Under the pieces are notes generated by a model, which searched no databases, was not told the DNA's origin, and saw only the letters and a list, made by a program, of their open reading frames with translations. This document shows positions 1-15,000 of a stretch of 64,000 bases of DNA, one piece after another; the stretch's first letter is position 1; the number at the start of each line of letters is the position of its first letter. This DNA is from an uncultured Gammaproteobacteria bacterium (GTDB lineage: Bacteria > Patescibacteriota > Microgenomatia > UBA10105 > UBA927): the NCBI GenBank assembly GCA_964356315.1, contig CAYHHA010000003.1:12010-76009 (forward strand), written 5' to 3'. The translations under genes were made by a program, and so were the position numbers.

Positions 1-3000
1 GGAGAGATATTCCATATCAAAAAAATACAGAGCTTTATAGAGGGGATTTTTACGCTGAAAGACATGCCACGCGACGCCATAAATTGGCAGAGCCTTCTTA
101 TACGTCTGTTCTATACTCATAAACATTGCCTTTTTCTGAGAAAGCGAAAGTGCTTTTCCATTTTCCCCGTAAATCTCAATATCTTCGTAATCTGCGGGAT
201 CAAAAGATTGCAAATCTTTGCGCAAAATTCCGTTTAACATCTGATTTGACAGTCGCCGTAGAAGCTCTTCATGTACTGCAGGAGGCAAGTTTATAATGCC
301 TTTCTTTTTCAAATCGTCTTCCAAAATCTTTCGGATATCTGCGGTAAGCTCTGTTGAGACAGCCGGTTGTCTTGCGTGCACATCATCTGGAGCATCGGGA
401 TACGTCGCTGTGGTGACATCTGTGACAGCCCGTGAAGGACCCTGGTTAGATCTACGAAATACCATTGCAAGACTATTGAAGAGGCGTTGAATGCGCGTAA
501 GAGGTTGCGTTTCCGGTGGAGTAGCTGGAGTGGCTTGAGAAGTAGCAATGGACGCTATGCGGGCCAGAAGATATGCTTTAATGGTTGCTATTTCTGGAGG
601 ACCTCGATCAGAGAACAGAGACTTATACTCAAGATCGCTTGGGATCATATCTACGATCTTTTCGAATTCCCCTGACTGGATAAGCGCTGGTTGAGCACTC
701 GCAACGCGCTGAGCGATTGCATCAAAATTCGAGAGGTACGCACGAGGCAACAACGCCGTAGCAGTATCGAGCGTTTCAGATCGACCAATAGTCCTAAACG
801 TCACTGTTTCCCCTTTGGTCACTCCAATGGATTTCGAAGATGGGGTGATAACTCCCCAAGACCCACCAGAGGTTGTGTACCACCCATAGGTGGGAATCGC
901 CACTGTTGTTACCCCATCAAAATACTCCCCTCCCGGAGCCATAAATACACAGTTCTCCCCCGCCGCAAACACACGGGAGACGAAGGGATTTAGAGCGGCT
1001 TCACAGCCGGAATCTTTCTGGACAAAGCCAGGGTTCATTTCTTGTACAGGCTTTTTCTGTTGTAAATATTCTGTCACAGGAGATATATCACGAAGCGATT
1101 TTCCTTCTTTCTCAAGCTCGATAACCCGATCAACACTGATTACATGCTGAGATACCCAATCAAATGCATTGACATTTGCTTCATTCATCCCATTCCTAAA
1201 ATAGTAATCATTCAATAGCCATGCCACAAACGCCTGGGCCTCATAGTCAGATCCTACCAAAAACATCAATGCATCGGGTGGAATAATATCTACGCCATTT
1301 ATTTCGTCCTTCACGATGATATCTTTCATTTTTACTCCTTTTGGCAAAACCATGAGCACTGCATATCCTTCAAAAAATCTTCCAGCCGACTCGCCGATTG
1401 GCGCCTTGCCAAATTCACCGTACATTAAACTTTCTCCCGGATTGTGACGAAAACCAAATTCGAGCGTATGCCGTAAGCCGTTCATTACCTCCTCTTTATC
1501 TCCACGGGACGGAGCGTGACCATATATACCATCTTTCTCTAATATCTTTCTCGCCACTTCGATTTTTGAATCATCATGATATTGATTCAGGAGTTTAGAA
1601 AGATTCACCATGTTGTCGTATGTCAGCCAATAAGGCACTAACTCATCGATCTTTAACTTATTCATCCGTGAAATCATTAATGTTTCAGGAAAGACAGCAT
1701 TCCCATTACTCCGATATGAAACTTTGTCTCTTAAGTCTGATGCGATATGTGTGTACGCTAATCCTCCAACAGCCATTACCGGTCTTTTCAGATAAACTGT
1801 GTTTCGACCAAACTCTTCAAACGTGAATAGTTGATTGTTATATTCAAATACATCATTGGGATGAATTTGGATTTTTTCCGAATCCACAGTCGTTCCATTT
1901 AGTAAAACGTTTTGAGCACCTGAAGGGATAACAACAAACCAATCGTTTCCTTCATGATGAATTTTTGCGTTTGTACCAATCAATACTGCGCTTGAATTAT
2001 CCTGAACAACCATCATGTCGAATACTGATTTGTTTAAAGAAGACAGCGGAATAATATCCGACCCCACGATGGTGATATCTGTTCCTACGATCATCATCGT
2101 CCGGTCGTTATCGAATTTAATCTGAGTATCTTTATCAAAGACATACTCATTTTTTTCTCCATTCAAGGTATATGTACCAGAAACCGGAATTGTAATCGTT
2201 TCGTTTTTGATCGTATATGTCTGACCGGCACTCAGAATCACGCAACCTGTTGAAGCACTTTGGGCAAACACACGGGAGACAAATGCCTTGAAGGGGATTT
2301 CACACCCTTTCTTTTTCTCTGTTTGAACCTCTATAGGGACTAAGTCGGTGGTTTTTGGAGTCTTTCCTGTCGATTTTCTAGCAGTGATTACACTTTGTTC
2401 TTCATACACATCCCACCCGAGACGTACGAGTTCGTTGATGAAATCGATCTTCGATCCATCCCTTTTTGAGTAATCAAAACGAAGGATAGCACCAGGACGC
2501 GCAACTCTGTCTATCGCCTGAACTGTCTTCCATTCTCCCCATTTGCCGATAGCTTGTACCGACATGATTCGATCGATGCTCTGATTTGGGATGTGCGCCA
2601 GACTATCCCAATCATCACGGACCAGCTGTACTCCCGATCGATTTGTCATCTGTCTATCGAAGCTATAGTTCAGATCAGCAGCTACCCATGAAATATTTCT
2701 ATCTCTATACTGTTGTTCGAGTTGTCGTATAGCGACCGCCTCGCCGGCTCCATCATCGAGCACCCGAGTGCCGGGGGTGAAAAATCCATCCACACCACCA
2801 AATATGGCCGATGGCTTCTCTCTCGCGAGGTATTGCTCCCCTGTCGACGCATAAAATGGTATCGACTGTATCTCCTCCGATGAGTTAAAAAGATGCGATA
2901 GATAGTCTGAGGCGTTTCGATTCGTCGTATTCCCATACTGAGTGAAGATTGGCTGCGGATCGATGATATCCCATACATATTGCCAGATAGATGTGTATGG

Positions 3001-6000
3001 GAGTGGTGCTACAGGAAGTGTAGTTTCCATCTCAGTATATCCCACGAATTTCGCTCTATCAAATCCTGGTAGCTCAATATCCTCTGGTATCCATACATCC
3101 TGACTTGGCTGCTCATCCGGCGTAACAGCTTTTTTGAAAGAACGTTTTGATAAAACCAGCTCATCACCACCTGGTGCTCGTGAAATCGAATACGTGACCC
3201 GGTGTCCTTCTCCAATTTCAAAAATATCATCTTCAAGGATATAGCGTGCATCCCAAATCCCGGTTTGCATATCTGATCCCAACAGTATGCGACCGGGTAT
3301 CGCACCAGGAGCATTTGCCAACGCGAGGTTTCCAGTCTTTGGATCGATAAAAAAGAGTGCGCCGTTATATGTAAACGTAGTGTATTTTTCTGGCCAAATG
3401 AGCGATCGAAGGTACCGCATCAGCTGTCCAAATGCACGAACCTGAGCTTCGCGTTTCGTTTTTGGAGTAGTATCTATCGTTATCTTTTTGGATTCCAAAT
3501 CAGCTATGAGCTTCTCTTCTGCCCTAAGCCAAGGAAATCTGGTTCGGAGCCAATACCCTGCTCCTTTTTTGAGAATCTTTTGCACATAGGCTGTATCAGA
3601 CGGAGTCACTGGCTTGACCGATCCCTTATCTGTTGTGAGTGTATCTATATAGGTGAGTAAATTGAGGTAAAACTCTCCATAGAGTGCTTCGGTATCGTTT
3701 AGATATGGTGGAGAGATAAATGAATTGGGAGAATCGAACGATAAAAATTGATCCTCATCGTCATTCAGAACAGATGGTTCTGGAAGCTCCCATTCGTGCG
3801 AGCGAAATATAGCTTCTGTAAGCTTTCTAGCTGAATCCGCAAACTGCAACGCTGCCTCATATCCTGCAGGTGATTGCATAGCTTCGCCCAATCTCTCCAT
3901 GATCTGCATTCCGAGGCCTGATTGTATGATGTCTTCGTCAAATGCATGATCCGTGAGGACATATGAGATGAGTTGCTCAAGCTTTTTCACTGCTTGTCCT
4001 TTATAAGAGTCCTTTCCTCTTTCGAGTAACCTATCTACTTCTTTTAGCGTTTTTTCGGTAACCAGTTTGATGTAGGAACAATCAGAACAGCGTCCTCCTC
4101 CCGTTTCCTGTATTACACTCTGCTGACTATTGGGCTTGCTACCATCTTTAGGTGCAATGGGTTCTGTGGAGTTTTTTGAAGCAACTCGTATGACCTCTTG
4201 TATGACAGACTCTTTTTCCGGGAAATTGGCAACCCCAAGATCAATGATCATCAGCCTACCATCTGGAGAGCGTCCGATCTGAGTCGTGGAAAAATCAAAT
4301 AATTCATATCGTTTCGCGAGGGCAAAAAGCCCAGGTAGTTGTTCCAAATCTCCCTCTGTGAGAAAATATTTTTGCATCAAGCGCTCTTTTTCCATGACGC
4401 CATTCGCGGAACTGATAGAAGCGAGTATTTTTTGATAATCCGACAGACCAATAATCTGATCAGTTTTATAATCAGATATTGTGACTATCGAAACAGCCTT
4501 TGAAAGAATAATGTAATATCCACCTGCTTCCGTCATCCCCCATCCCTTCAGAAACTGTTTCATATAGGGATCAGCGATCATCACGGCGATTTCGTTGAGC
4601 ATTTGTATTTGATTGGTTGTCGTCACAATGTTTATCTTCAACACTTCGTTGTTCCCTATGTCAAAGACTTGGCGTTGACCTCCAGATCCGATTGCCGTCA
4701 ATTCCCTAGTATTTATTTTCCTTACCGTTTCCTTCTGAGTTGCTTCAATAGTCATAGGCCTATACAAGCGATGAAGTTCGTCTGAAATGGAATTTTGGCC
4801 CCTCAGGAGAGGGATTTTCGTGAGTGGATCTGAGGGCGCTGGGGATTTTTCTTTAGCTTCAAGCGCTTTGCGTATATACGCGTCGATAGCATCGTTTTCT
4901 GGAGAGCCGCGTCCCGCCGTGAGATCTTTGTACCGTTGATCAGCTTTAATGATATTCATCACCACTTCCACATCACCTTGAGCCAGAAGCTCAGATTGGC
5001 TTATTACTACCTGAGAAATCATTGCATTGAGCTGGTGTTGAGTCGTACCATCGACATTTGCACTATTTTTCAAATAACTGGACATATTCATGAATATATT
5101 TTCCATTACTCCCATTTCTTGTTTATATATTTCAGCAGGTATTATCCTATAATCGTGCTCACCAAGAATATCCGCGATGATTTTCCTAATTACATTGATT
5201 TGGACATCTCCTGCATCCTTGAGATCAAATAACTTTCTATACTGTTGGAACATCACGAGATGAAGATCATTGTAAAATCCTCTCGTTCTCATGCGCTCAT
5301 CCGAAATTTGTAAAAGCTCACTGTTAATTTTCTCGTAGTCAAACGATGCTAGAAAATGTGCGTATTTTGATAGCGATTTGGTTTTTTGGAATATATATCT
5401 CTCTGTTGTTTTATCCTGGTATACGTCCCATCCGAACTCTTCAAAAATATCCAAGTACATCGGGTCAAAGTCTTGAGATGAGGTCAGCTGATCCAGAAGA
5501 ATTATTGCACCCATTTTCGCTTTTCTCGTCACCGCTGAAATCATTTTGATCGGATCCTCATTTGCTATTTCCGTGCCATGCAACATCGCACCCTGGTAAG
5601 ATAAAAACGTATCGACACTATTATCCGGAATCCCACCTAACACATTCCAATCTTCTTTTGATAGCTGCAAACCGGGTTTATGAATATCAATTGGCAACTG
5701 TTTTTCGTATCCGTTATCAATGCCGATAATTGTCGCATCTGGATACTTACGGGAAAATTCCAAATCCGCGACAGCCAGTCCGCTCCCCAAATTGAGCGTA
5801 ACATTTCCTTTTTTAAAGACATCTTGTTCAGTCGGAGATGCAAATGCAGGATCTGCGTCCGATGTTATTGCAGATAAATTCCTAGATCTGAAAAGAGACG
5901 CATATTCCGTCATGTTCCGTACAACTGACCATAGTCCTCTCCCGGCTTCCGTGTAAGTGACGCGTTTAAAAATCCCCATGGGGATTTTCACCGAACCATT

Positions 6001-9000
6001 TTCTTTAGGCTCCAACGCGATACTTTTCAAAATAAAATTTCCCACAGGATCATAAAGAGGAAATATACGGTTTATCCAAAACCTCTCAGCCTGTATCATG
6101 AATTTTTGAGAAAACGAAAGCCCGGTCAAATTGACGGAAAATATATCCTGTGACGCTTTGACAGGAGCATTGTGAAGATATGAGAGGACATATCGGATAT
6201 TTCCGCTATATGTCACCGCTACAGCTTCCCGATACAGTAACTCCAAATCCCGCGCCCACTGCTCATCTTCGTCAGAAAAGCCGAAATACCCAAAGAAAGA
6301 CGAATTTCCACCTACACTTCTATACTTTAATAGTATTTCAATTTCTTCTATTGTAAACAATTTAGAATTTTCCGCTGCTAACTTCAATTCGGCCTTTGAA
6401 TACTGTTTATTTAAAAAAATTGCATCATGGACTATCCATAAATCATTTTTTATCGGAGAAAAATTACGAAGAACTTTTTTTTGAATAATGGTAAAATTAT
6501 CATTGAAATTAACTGCATTCCGGGGAAACCCACTTATCAGACCATATCGTTTTTCTCCTTTGCTAAGATCATTAAAATTATTATTGATTGCATCTCTCAC
6601 AGTCTTTTCATCAACAATCCCTTTAAATTCAGTAAATACATCCCTATTATTGTTAATGACTCGAGTAACCGATCGAACATTTATAAGTGAACCATACATT
6701 GCATCCGATGTGTCAGAGATAAACAAATAATTTTTATCTTTTTCCATTATATTTTTTATAACCCTGGCTTCTTCGTTGGTAAAATATGCACCATTTTCCT
6801 GATAAATATCTTCAGGCTCTAGCTCTGGAATCACACCTGAATATAATGAGCGAATGCGAGGATATCTCTGTACTTTCTCAGCTAAGGTCTTTGGTAAAGC
6901 AACTAACATCTTATGATACGATTCTAATCCTAGAAGTGCTTCATCCCTCGTTACAAATAACGATTTCGAGAATTCTCGCGGCTGTGTATTTCCCACCACA
7001 TTCCTTCCATCTACTTTGAGTGTCGTGCGACTAAAAAACTGCATCATACCCCTAAATGGCATCATCCATGATCGAGCAACATCACTACTCGGATCTACTC
7101 CTCTAGCCTTGTGATATGCTGTAATAAATCGCTTTACCCATGTCAAAAATCTAGTACACGGATTCCCGTTCACCGCATAGACAGTCGAGAATATACCGAT
7201 ACCAGGTGTTGGAATACACGATTTCGCTTCATCCTCTACCCCTTCAACCGCGATTGCCGCTTTTGCAGCAACTGTCCTTGCTACTGTTTCGAGTGGACCA
7301 ATAGACGCGCTATCATCATGAGCTGCTTGTGACACTGCGTCAGGACTATTTGAGTTTGAGGCCACATCCTGAAGCGCGTCTTCTGCTTCTTGCGTGAGTG
7401 GTAGTTCATGCTCTACCCCACGACTTTCAAGTGTATCAAGAAAAGCATCAGCTATAGTTTTTTGTTTTTCAATTTGAGCTTCTGCCATCGAGATAGCCTC
7501 TCTAATGCTGTCAATTTTCCTTTTTACGGGTGAGGTGTGCAGAAATTCCAACACTTTTTCATCTCCGAGCTGCTTTTGCAAGGCTTTGCCAAGCATAATT
7601 CCTATCGAATAATACTTATCATCTGTACTAATAATTGATTGCCTCTGTAACTGATGTTCAATATCCAGTAACCGTACTTTTGCTGCCAATTCGTTTTCAC
7701 TATTTTGATCCATTCCATCAGCCAGCGTATTCAAAAATCTCGATGCTGCCAACTCACCACCCATCTCGTCGACTATGCTTTCAATATATTTTTCCTCATC
7801 GTTTAAATTCGGATGTACCAAAAACTGCTCTTGATAGGAATACGTAACAGCATGATCAATTTCATGGGCAATAAACGCTAGAGCGCTTACTAATCCTTGA
7901 TTATCAAATTCATCGCTAATAAACAACATGTGTCTAGGCTCTCCATTTATGGTGGTTTGGATTGCCACACCAAATGTCTGCGAAGCTTTTAGAAAAGACG
8001 ATTGCGCGTCCATATTTGTTACCATAATAGGAATTCGCATGGTCACGTTACCCGTTTGAATTACTATATGAGAGACATTCAGACCTTTGAGAAATTCTCT
8101 TTGCAGTGTAGAGTATTGATCCATCTTCTCGATAAGCTCTGCGGTAGGCAATGCCAAAAGCTCATCTCTCAAGCGCTTATCGCTAATAGCATTTTTTACA
8201 ACTTCCTCTGCAACTTTTCTTCGTATTTCATCATCAATAGACGCTGATTCTATGTGAATGTTAGCAATTTTTCCATAGACAGACCGTAAATATTCTTCAA
8301 AACTTGCTGGATTATGCTGAATATCGAAAAATGGTTTTTTTTCAGAATCAAGCAGTTGATTTAATAGAATTTGTTGCTGGGACGAAGCCATTTTTTGACC
8401 TTGCATTCTATTTTTGATAGCGTTATCGTACGTTTTTAAAATGTATATTAGAGATTGTGTATGCTTTGCAATATACGCAGAAAACTGTAATGAAAATTGA
8501 GGAATATTAAAAACTAAGTAGTTTTTGGCTCGATATTTCGTAGCGCCTGATTCTCGAGTGCTTTTATCGGATAACCCAGCTTTAACTGACTCTTCTAGAT
8601 AGGACGTAACCAATTCTTGTGCTATCAGCATACTGTCACCTGCGACTTTTGTAATAGTTTCCTTTTCGATAACGGCTGATTTTTGTTGTGGTACGTTTTC
8701 TTGCACTGGATTTTTCTTTATTAATATCCCATTTTGTTCAACCCAACCATATGCAGAAAATAGCTCAGCATACTCACCTTCGACATCCGCGGATATAATT
8801 CTCGCGCCATTTTTTGCTATTCTGGACACAGCGTTAATAAACTGAAGAGCTTTTTCTTCCCCTTCTTTCAATCCATGCATCATGCCCCCGTTATTGGATA
8901 AAAACGTATCGACACTATTATCCGGAATCCCGTCCAAGGTAAACCAATCTTCTTTAACGAGTTGTAATCCTCGCTTCGTAATGTCAACTTTTTTCCTGGT

Positions 9001-12000
9001 ATCATACCCAAAATCTATGCCAATAATTTTTGCCTTTGGATATACCCGAGAAAACGCTACATCAGCGAGCGCTTCGCCGCTGCCTAAATCCAGCACAACT
9101 TGATCATCGGCAAACACCTCCTGCTCTGTAGGCATATTTTCCGTACTGCCCGGTGTACGTTTTCTCAGCATTTTTGCATCGGCAAATAATAAATCAGTAT
9201 AATTACCACGATCTCTGTCCGTGTCCCATCCTCGGGAATTTAATGTGAATGTAATATTCTTGAACCAGCCTATCGTCACATGATATTTGGCGCCTACGGA
9301 AGGCATATGTTTTAGAGGTTTCTTTTGGGCTATATATCTTCCCGCAGGATCATAGATAGGAAATATATACTTCATCCAAAACAACTCAATACGACAGAGG
9401 GTACGTTCAGATCTAGATGCAGTATTCATATCCAGATAGGTAAGCTGATTGCTTGTATCCTTCGCATCTGCACCCAACTGCTTCAAAAATTGAAAGAAAC
9501 TCCTAAACATCGCACGGTGATACTGTGAAGACAAATTGTTCTGTATCGTTTCTTTTTCTTTTTCTGTCAAAAACGTCACTCCCTTTCTGGCTATAAATAT
9601 GTCTAAACTATCTTCTATGAGTCCTTTTATATATCCGCTATGTGCGTACTTCGGAATGCTTTGAATTCGTGCGATATAGTCACTATCCTTTACGATCGCC
9701 TCCTCTAGATTTTTTGCTGTAGCAAATTCAGCTTTTGCATCTGTTGATCTACTATTTTCCTGTATAAATTGAAGTGTTTTTTGAAGAAGCGGCTTTGTTT
9801 CAAAGTAACGTGAGTACTTTGAGGACTCTTCAAGTTCAAGTAATTTTTGAAGAGACGGAGGGCCAGTCTCAAATAACTTTCTGATTAACAGCGCTTTTGG
9901 ATTTTCAACATCAGGGTTTACCACAAATGCGACAATGTCCTCTTCTGATACTACGCCACTTTGGAGAGAAGGCAATACCGCCTGAATGATATCCAACACT
10001 TGAGTTATCTGCTCCGTATTCAGCACATTTTGTGCATGAGCCTGTGCAAACGCACGGTAGTCAGCAGGAACAGGCTGAGCTGAAGTTTCAGGTAAACCAA
10101 TAGACTTATCATCATCTTTTACAGCCGTACTATCCAAGGATGGCTGCTTATCTACTGAGCTACTTTGTCCCTGTTTTGATCGCTGAACATAAGCATCATA
10201 CCCAGCAATACTTCTCCCTTTTGGAAAAATCAAGAACGGCGCTGGTTCAACTTTATTGTATAACGACTCTAAGCTGTAAATAATTTGTAATTGATAAAGA
10301 TTCAGTAGAATCGCCCGAATTATTGATAAATCGTCTAACTGGATATTCTTCCATTGCCAAGAGATCTTCCCTGGAAATTCCTCGACTACTGCTTCTAAGA
10401 ACGCGTCTTCTGTCGGAAATTTTTCGCCTACTGTTTTCTGAAATGAATCCCACGATTCAAGATCTGCAACAGGAATATTCAACAATGTAGCAGTCTTTTC
10501 TTGTTGCTTTGCATCGTATAACTCAAGATAATCCTCATCACTCATTCCGACGCTCTGTGGCGCTCCTATAGGTACTGTCTTAAATACTTGTAGAGATATG
10601 CCTGTTTTCTCCCATTTTTGAGCAAGTTTTTGTATTTTTTGACGATCAAATTTCCTAATATAGGATCCTCGTAGAATCGAGTCAACAAAATCAATGAAGG
10701 TAGTCTGTTCACTCGTGAGCTGCATACTTCCCATATTCTTTGGATCAACATATTTATCTGTAATCATCTTTACATCATCCCCAAGAAGTGGATCTGTACT
10801 TTCTGCCCTAAACTGAATTTCCCTCTGAGAACCAGTTTTAGGTTTAACTTTAAAATATTGTCCTGGGTACCCAGCTCCTCCAGGAACTTCTCCTGTTTCA
10901 AACACTCCGGGAGTCCTCAACGCCACGAGCAAAGCCCCACCTTCAGGCCTGAGAGCGAATCGATCACTTTGTGTGTCGGAAAAACTAGTCGTCAATGTTC
11001 CCTCGGCGAATCCCAATTCCTCAACACTTTCAGCATTTTTCTGAGATGTTCCACTTAACAACAAGAGTGGATACCCTTCTGGGATAAATTCTGCCAACGG
11101 ACCAGTGATTTCAGATTTCGTTGGTGAGGCAAATACATCATTCTGAGAGGACGGCAACTCAGGTTCTGCAGCGATTTGCACCTGAGTCTGAGCTGGTCGA
11201 TTTTTTGTGGTAGAGGGCAGTGCTGATCGGATTGGTTGAATAAATCTTACGAAAAAACTCTTTAGGTATCCTGAAAATTGAGCAATATATGTGCGCGGTT
11301 TTGAGAATAACGCTTGTTCGTATGACGTATTAAGACTATTAATTTCTGTTAATACTTTTATGAATTGATTGAAATATCTGGAGACTCTTTCTGGTGTTGG
11401 TGGTTGCCAGTTGAGAAGCGCGGTTGCCTCAAGAGTCATGAGCCAATATTTCGCATTTTCATATCCTTCTTTGAAAGTAATTACACCATCTGCGACAATG
11501 AGTTTGCTATGCGCTCCTGCGCGCTTATGGTACAAAAGCGCAAGGTTCTTTTTCTCCTTCCCATTCAGTCCCCGATCATTGATATGCTCCATAATCGTAT
11601 GGAAAATCTGATCATACGCACTTTCTCTCAAATACTCATCCTGTATCACATCAGCTTCATCCATCTTTCCATCTATTTCACGAACAAGTAGTTTACAATC
11701 AGAACACTTTTTTGGTAGATCTTGCGTAATACTATTTTCTGCTTCTGGCGCCCTAAGGCCCGCAGCATACGAGCGTAAATACTCGCGTCTTCGTATCAAG
11801 ACCTCGGCGATTTTTTTCTTATCTACAACACGTAATGCAGATTGTTCTGTTAGATTGATTAGAACTTGATCTGTCATAGTGTCGACCAGTATATCTATTT
11901 GATTTACGATCGCTTCAGTATCCAACCCGGGGTATCCATCCAACATACTGATTAACTCAGTCACCTGTGCAGTCTGAAACCGTTCTTGCCGCCTCTCACC

Positions 12001-15000
12001 GAGGGATTTGAATAAGACTGAGGATCCATTATCTATACGAATTGCTCCTTTTCTATTTTTTTCGTATTTCATGTCGAAATTCATCAACCATGCGTCAAGT
12101 ACAAATCCATTTTTATAATCTTCAGCTATTCTAGGATCAGATTCTTCTACCCATCTTGAAGCTCGTCCTATTTTCACCCCATTTTCAGTTTCAACCTGAA
12201 CTATAGTAGATTCAACAACAGGAATTCCTAATCTTTTGTAGATAGAATCCATCAATACTTCGCTTGCGATGGCATCAGGTGATTGAAATTTTACGTACCA
12301 TTTTGATTTATCTGTTCGTTCGACTAACATGGCCTCATTGCCACCGCCGAGATCACTTGGCAAAATCGAGTATTCACTTTTTTTCCATATACCTAAGACA
12401 GGATTCGGATCTGTGAATTGAGATACCACCCTATTAATCGAGGCATTTAATCCCTCAGTATCCTCAGAGCCACGAACATATGGCTCAATGGTTTCCAACA
12501 CTTTCACATACGATGATTCAGTCAAGTTCATCACATAATTATCGAAGCTGTTACCTCGAAGATTTATGCCCGGATCATATATACCGTATTTACCCTTAAA
12601 CTCATCAATCGTAAGGACTCCACCATTCGGGTCATGAGCTGCGTCCCAAAATGTTTTCATTGCGATTTCCAGATTACCGTTATTGGATAGTATCCAGTTT
12701 TCTACACCTATGCCGCCCAATCCCGCTTGCCCGCCCGCCCCGGTGCCTTTTTTATACACCTTCGCCTCTTTGAGAATTCTCTTTGCCACAAGTATATTTG
12801 CTACAACGAAATTTCGCTTCTTCTCTGTTATGCTGTCCAATCGCCTTCTGACAGCCGCATGAGACGGAAGATTGATAAGGTCGATATAGCTATTTATTCC
12901 TATATCTATATCTATGACTCCTTCAATGCCTGAGAACTGTACATTGGTAAACCTAGTTTGAATAGATGTGCCTGTCGCGAGTGGATCGTGTATTTCTTGT
13001 CCTCCGAGGGCAGAGAAAGCAACCCTGAGATCCTGTGCAATCTGCGAACCATATTTTCCAACCAACGCCTGGTTGAGGGTCAGTGTATAGTCAAAGTCTG
13101 CATCTCCAGAAACATTTGTCCCTCTCCCCGTTGAGCCGATATCTTCAAGCACGGCGTCCTTCAGATCTACCTTTCCAACTTCATTGCCTGAGATTGGAAT
13201 CTTGTATTTCGCTAATATATCTCCGACAATACTCAGAACATTCGATCGGACAACAGACATCCTTTGCGCTTCTTTTTTAGTGTCGCGTTGAGCCACGACT
13301 GTTGTAATATCTTGTTGCAACGAGACACTCTTAATTGCCGTATTCACAGCAAGAGATTCTCCACTAAATTCTGGCAATCCCTTATATGACTCGCGGATAG
13401 TGTCATATTGATCTTCTGTAAAGATTAGCTTTCCGTCCTTATCAAAAATAGGGATATAATATCCATTTCTCGCTATGACTGAGTAGATCATTTTTTGTGT
13501 ATCGCCACTCGTATAAATCTCCGGATCAAGCAAAATTGCGCTGATGAGGTTTGATGGCAGGGCGCCCCGAATATCGACGTGTTTCATATTATCCTGCTTT
13601 ACGACATCTGTGATATACATTTCCGGTCGCGGATCAGAGGTAGTAGCTTTTCCTGTGTCATTCAGCCTTCCATCAGGGTGGACAAACACATATAAATGTC
13701 CATAACCTTTCAAGGCGTTCATCGCCAGCTGCACGCCTGAAATATCGGCATCTCCCTCGAAGCGCAAAAGGTCTAATCCAAACGGAGTTAAATCTTTCTC
13801 TGTATATCCCCCGCCAAGAGCTTCTCTCATAGAGGGACCCCTCTGTAAAAGCCCGTAAAAGTTACTCGGACTCAGTTGTCCCACCAACAGCTGACCCTTG
13901 ATCAAATCTCCTTTTTTAGCTTCAAATAGCTTTGAACCAAACTGTTTTGCGTAGGCTCGATTTCTTGCGTCCGCCTCAATCCGAGAACTTCTAATTTTTG
14001 AAACCACCTCTCCGAGAGACGCTCCCATATTTGTACCAATATTTTTCGGCCCTATAAGAAACAACTCATTCACTCTTTCCCGCAACGTCTGATTCGGATG
14101 AATTTGTAGGTTTGCATATAAGGTATTAACTGATTCTTGAAGCTCCTTATCCGTCATATCCTCTATCATGCCGAGATTCAGAAATATATTTTTTGGCTTC
14201 CTCTCCTTTTTGCTCACAAAGGCAACTGTCGAAAGACGAACCATGGTCATTTTCAATAATTTCCTCTCCTTTTCTATTAAGTGCTTACCACTTCTATACT
14301 TTTCTATGACGTTTAATCCTGCATCCAACTTCACTAGATATGTTTCCAGTTCATAATTTCCTGATCCAACGGCGGCAGACAACAAATCTCTCCAAATAAG
14401 CACCCTCCGGTGAGCATCATTAGTCCTAGAAAGCAACGTCGGGGAACCTATATCTGCCTTTGGAGTAAATTTCGCCTCAGGAAACAGAGAATTAAATACA
14501 TAAAATAGCTTGACGATGAGAGGTGTATTGTTTTGTGTAAATATTGTTCGAATATTTCTAAACGCTTCGAGTGGCTGTTCGAGATCCAACAGTGACTCCA
14601 TGATTTCTGTCTTTAATTTTTGAAGCTCCAATGAACCAGACTCATCAACCATTGCCTCAATAGCGAGAAATTGTTCAATTTTTCCTTCTTTTTGGAAGAT
14701 CTTCACAATCTCATCTGGTGTTTTTGTGGCAAATAACTCGCGCAACGAAGGAAGCTCAGAATGAACACGTAGTAGGATTACTGTGTCCAGAGGAAGCTCT
14801 AAAAATATTCGTTTTTTCCGCTCTGCCTCTGCTAAAATACCTGAAAACCAACGGAAAACCTGATCAATATTGCGACTTTCTACTTCACTTTTTATGAATA
14901 CCGCAATTTTTTGATCGCCGGTCAACTCACTCATTTTGTTTTTCGCATAAAATTCTAATCCATTTTGACTAAGTGGCGCTTGAAGATATGGCTCGGTTGC

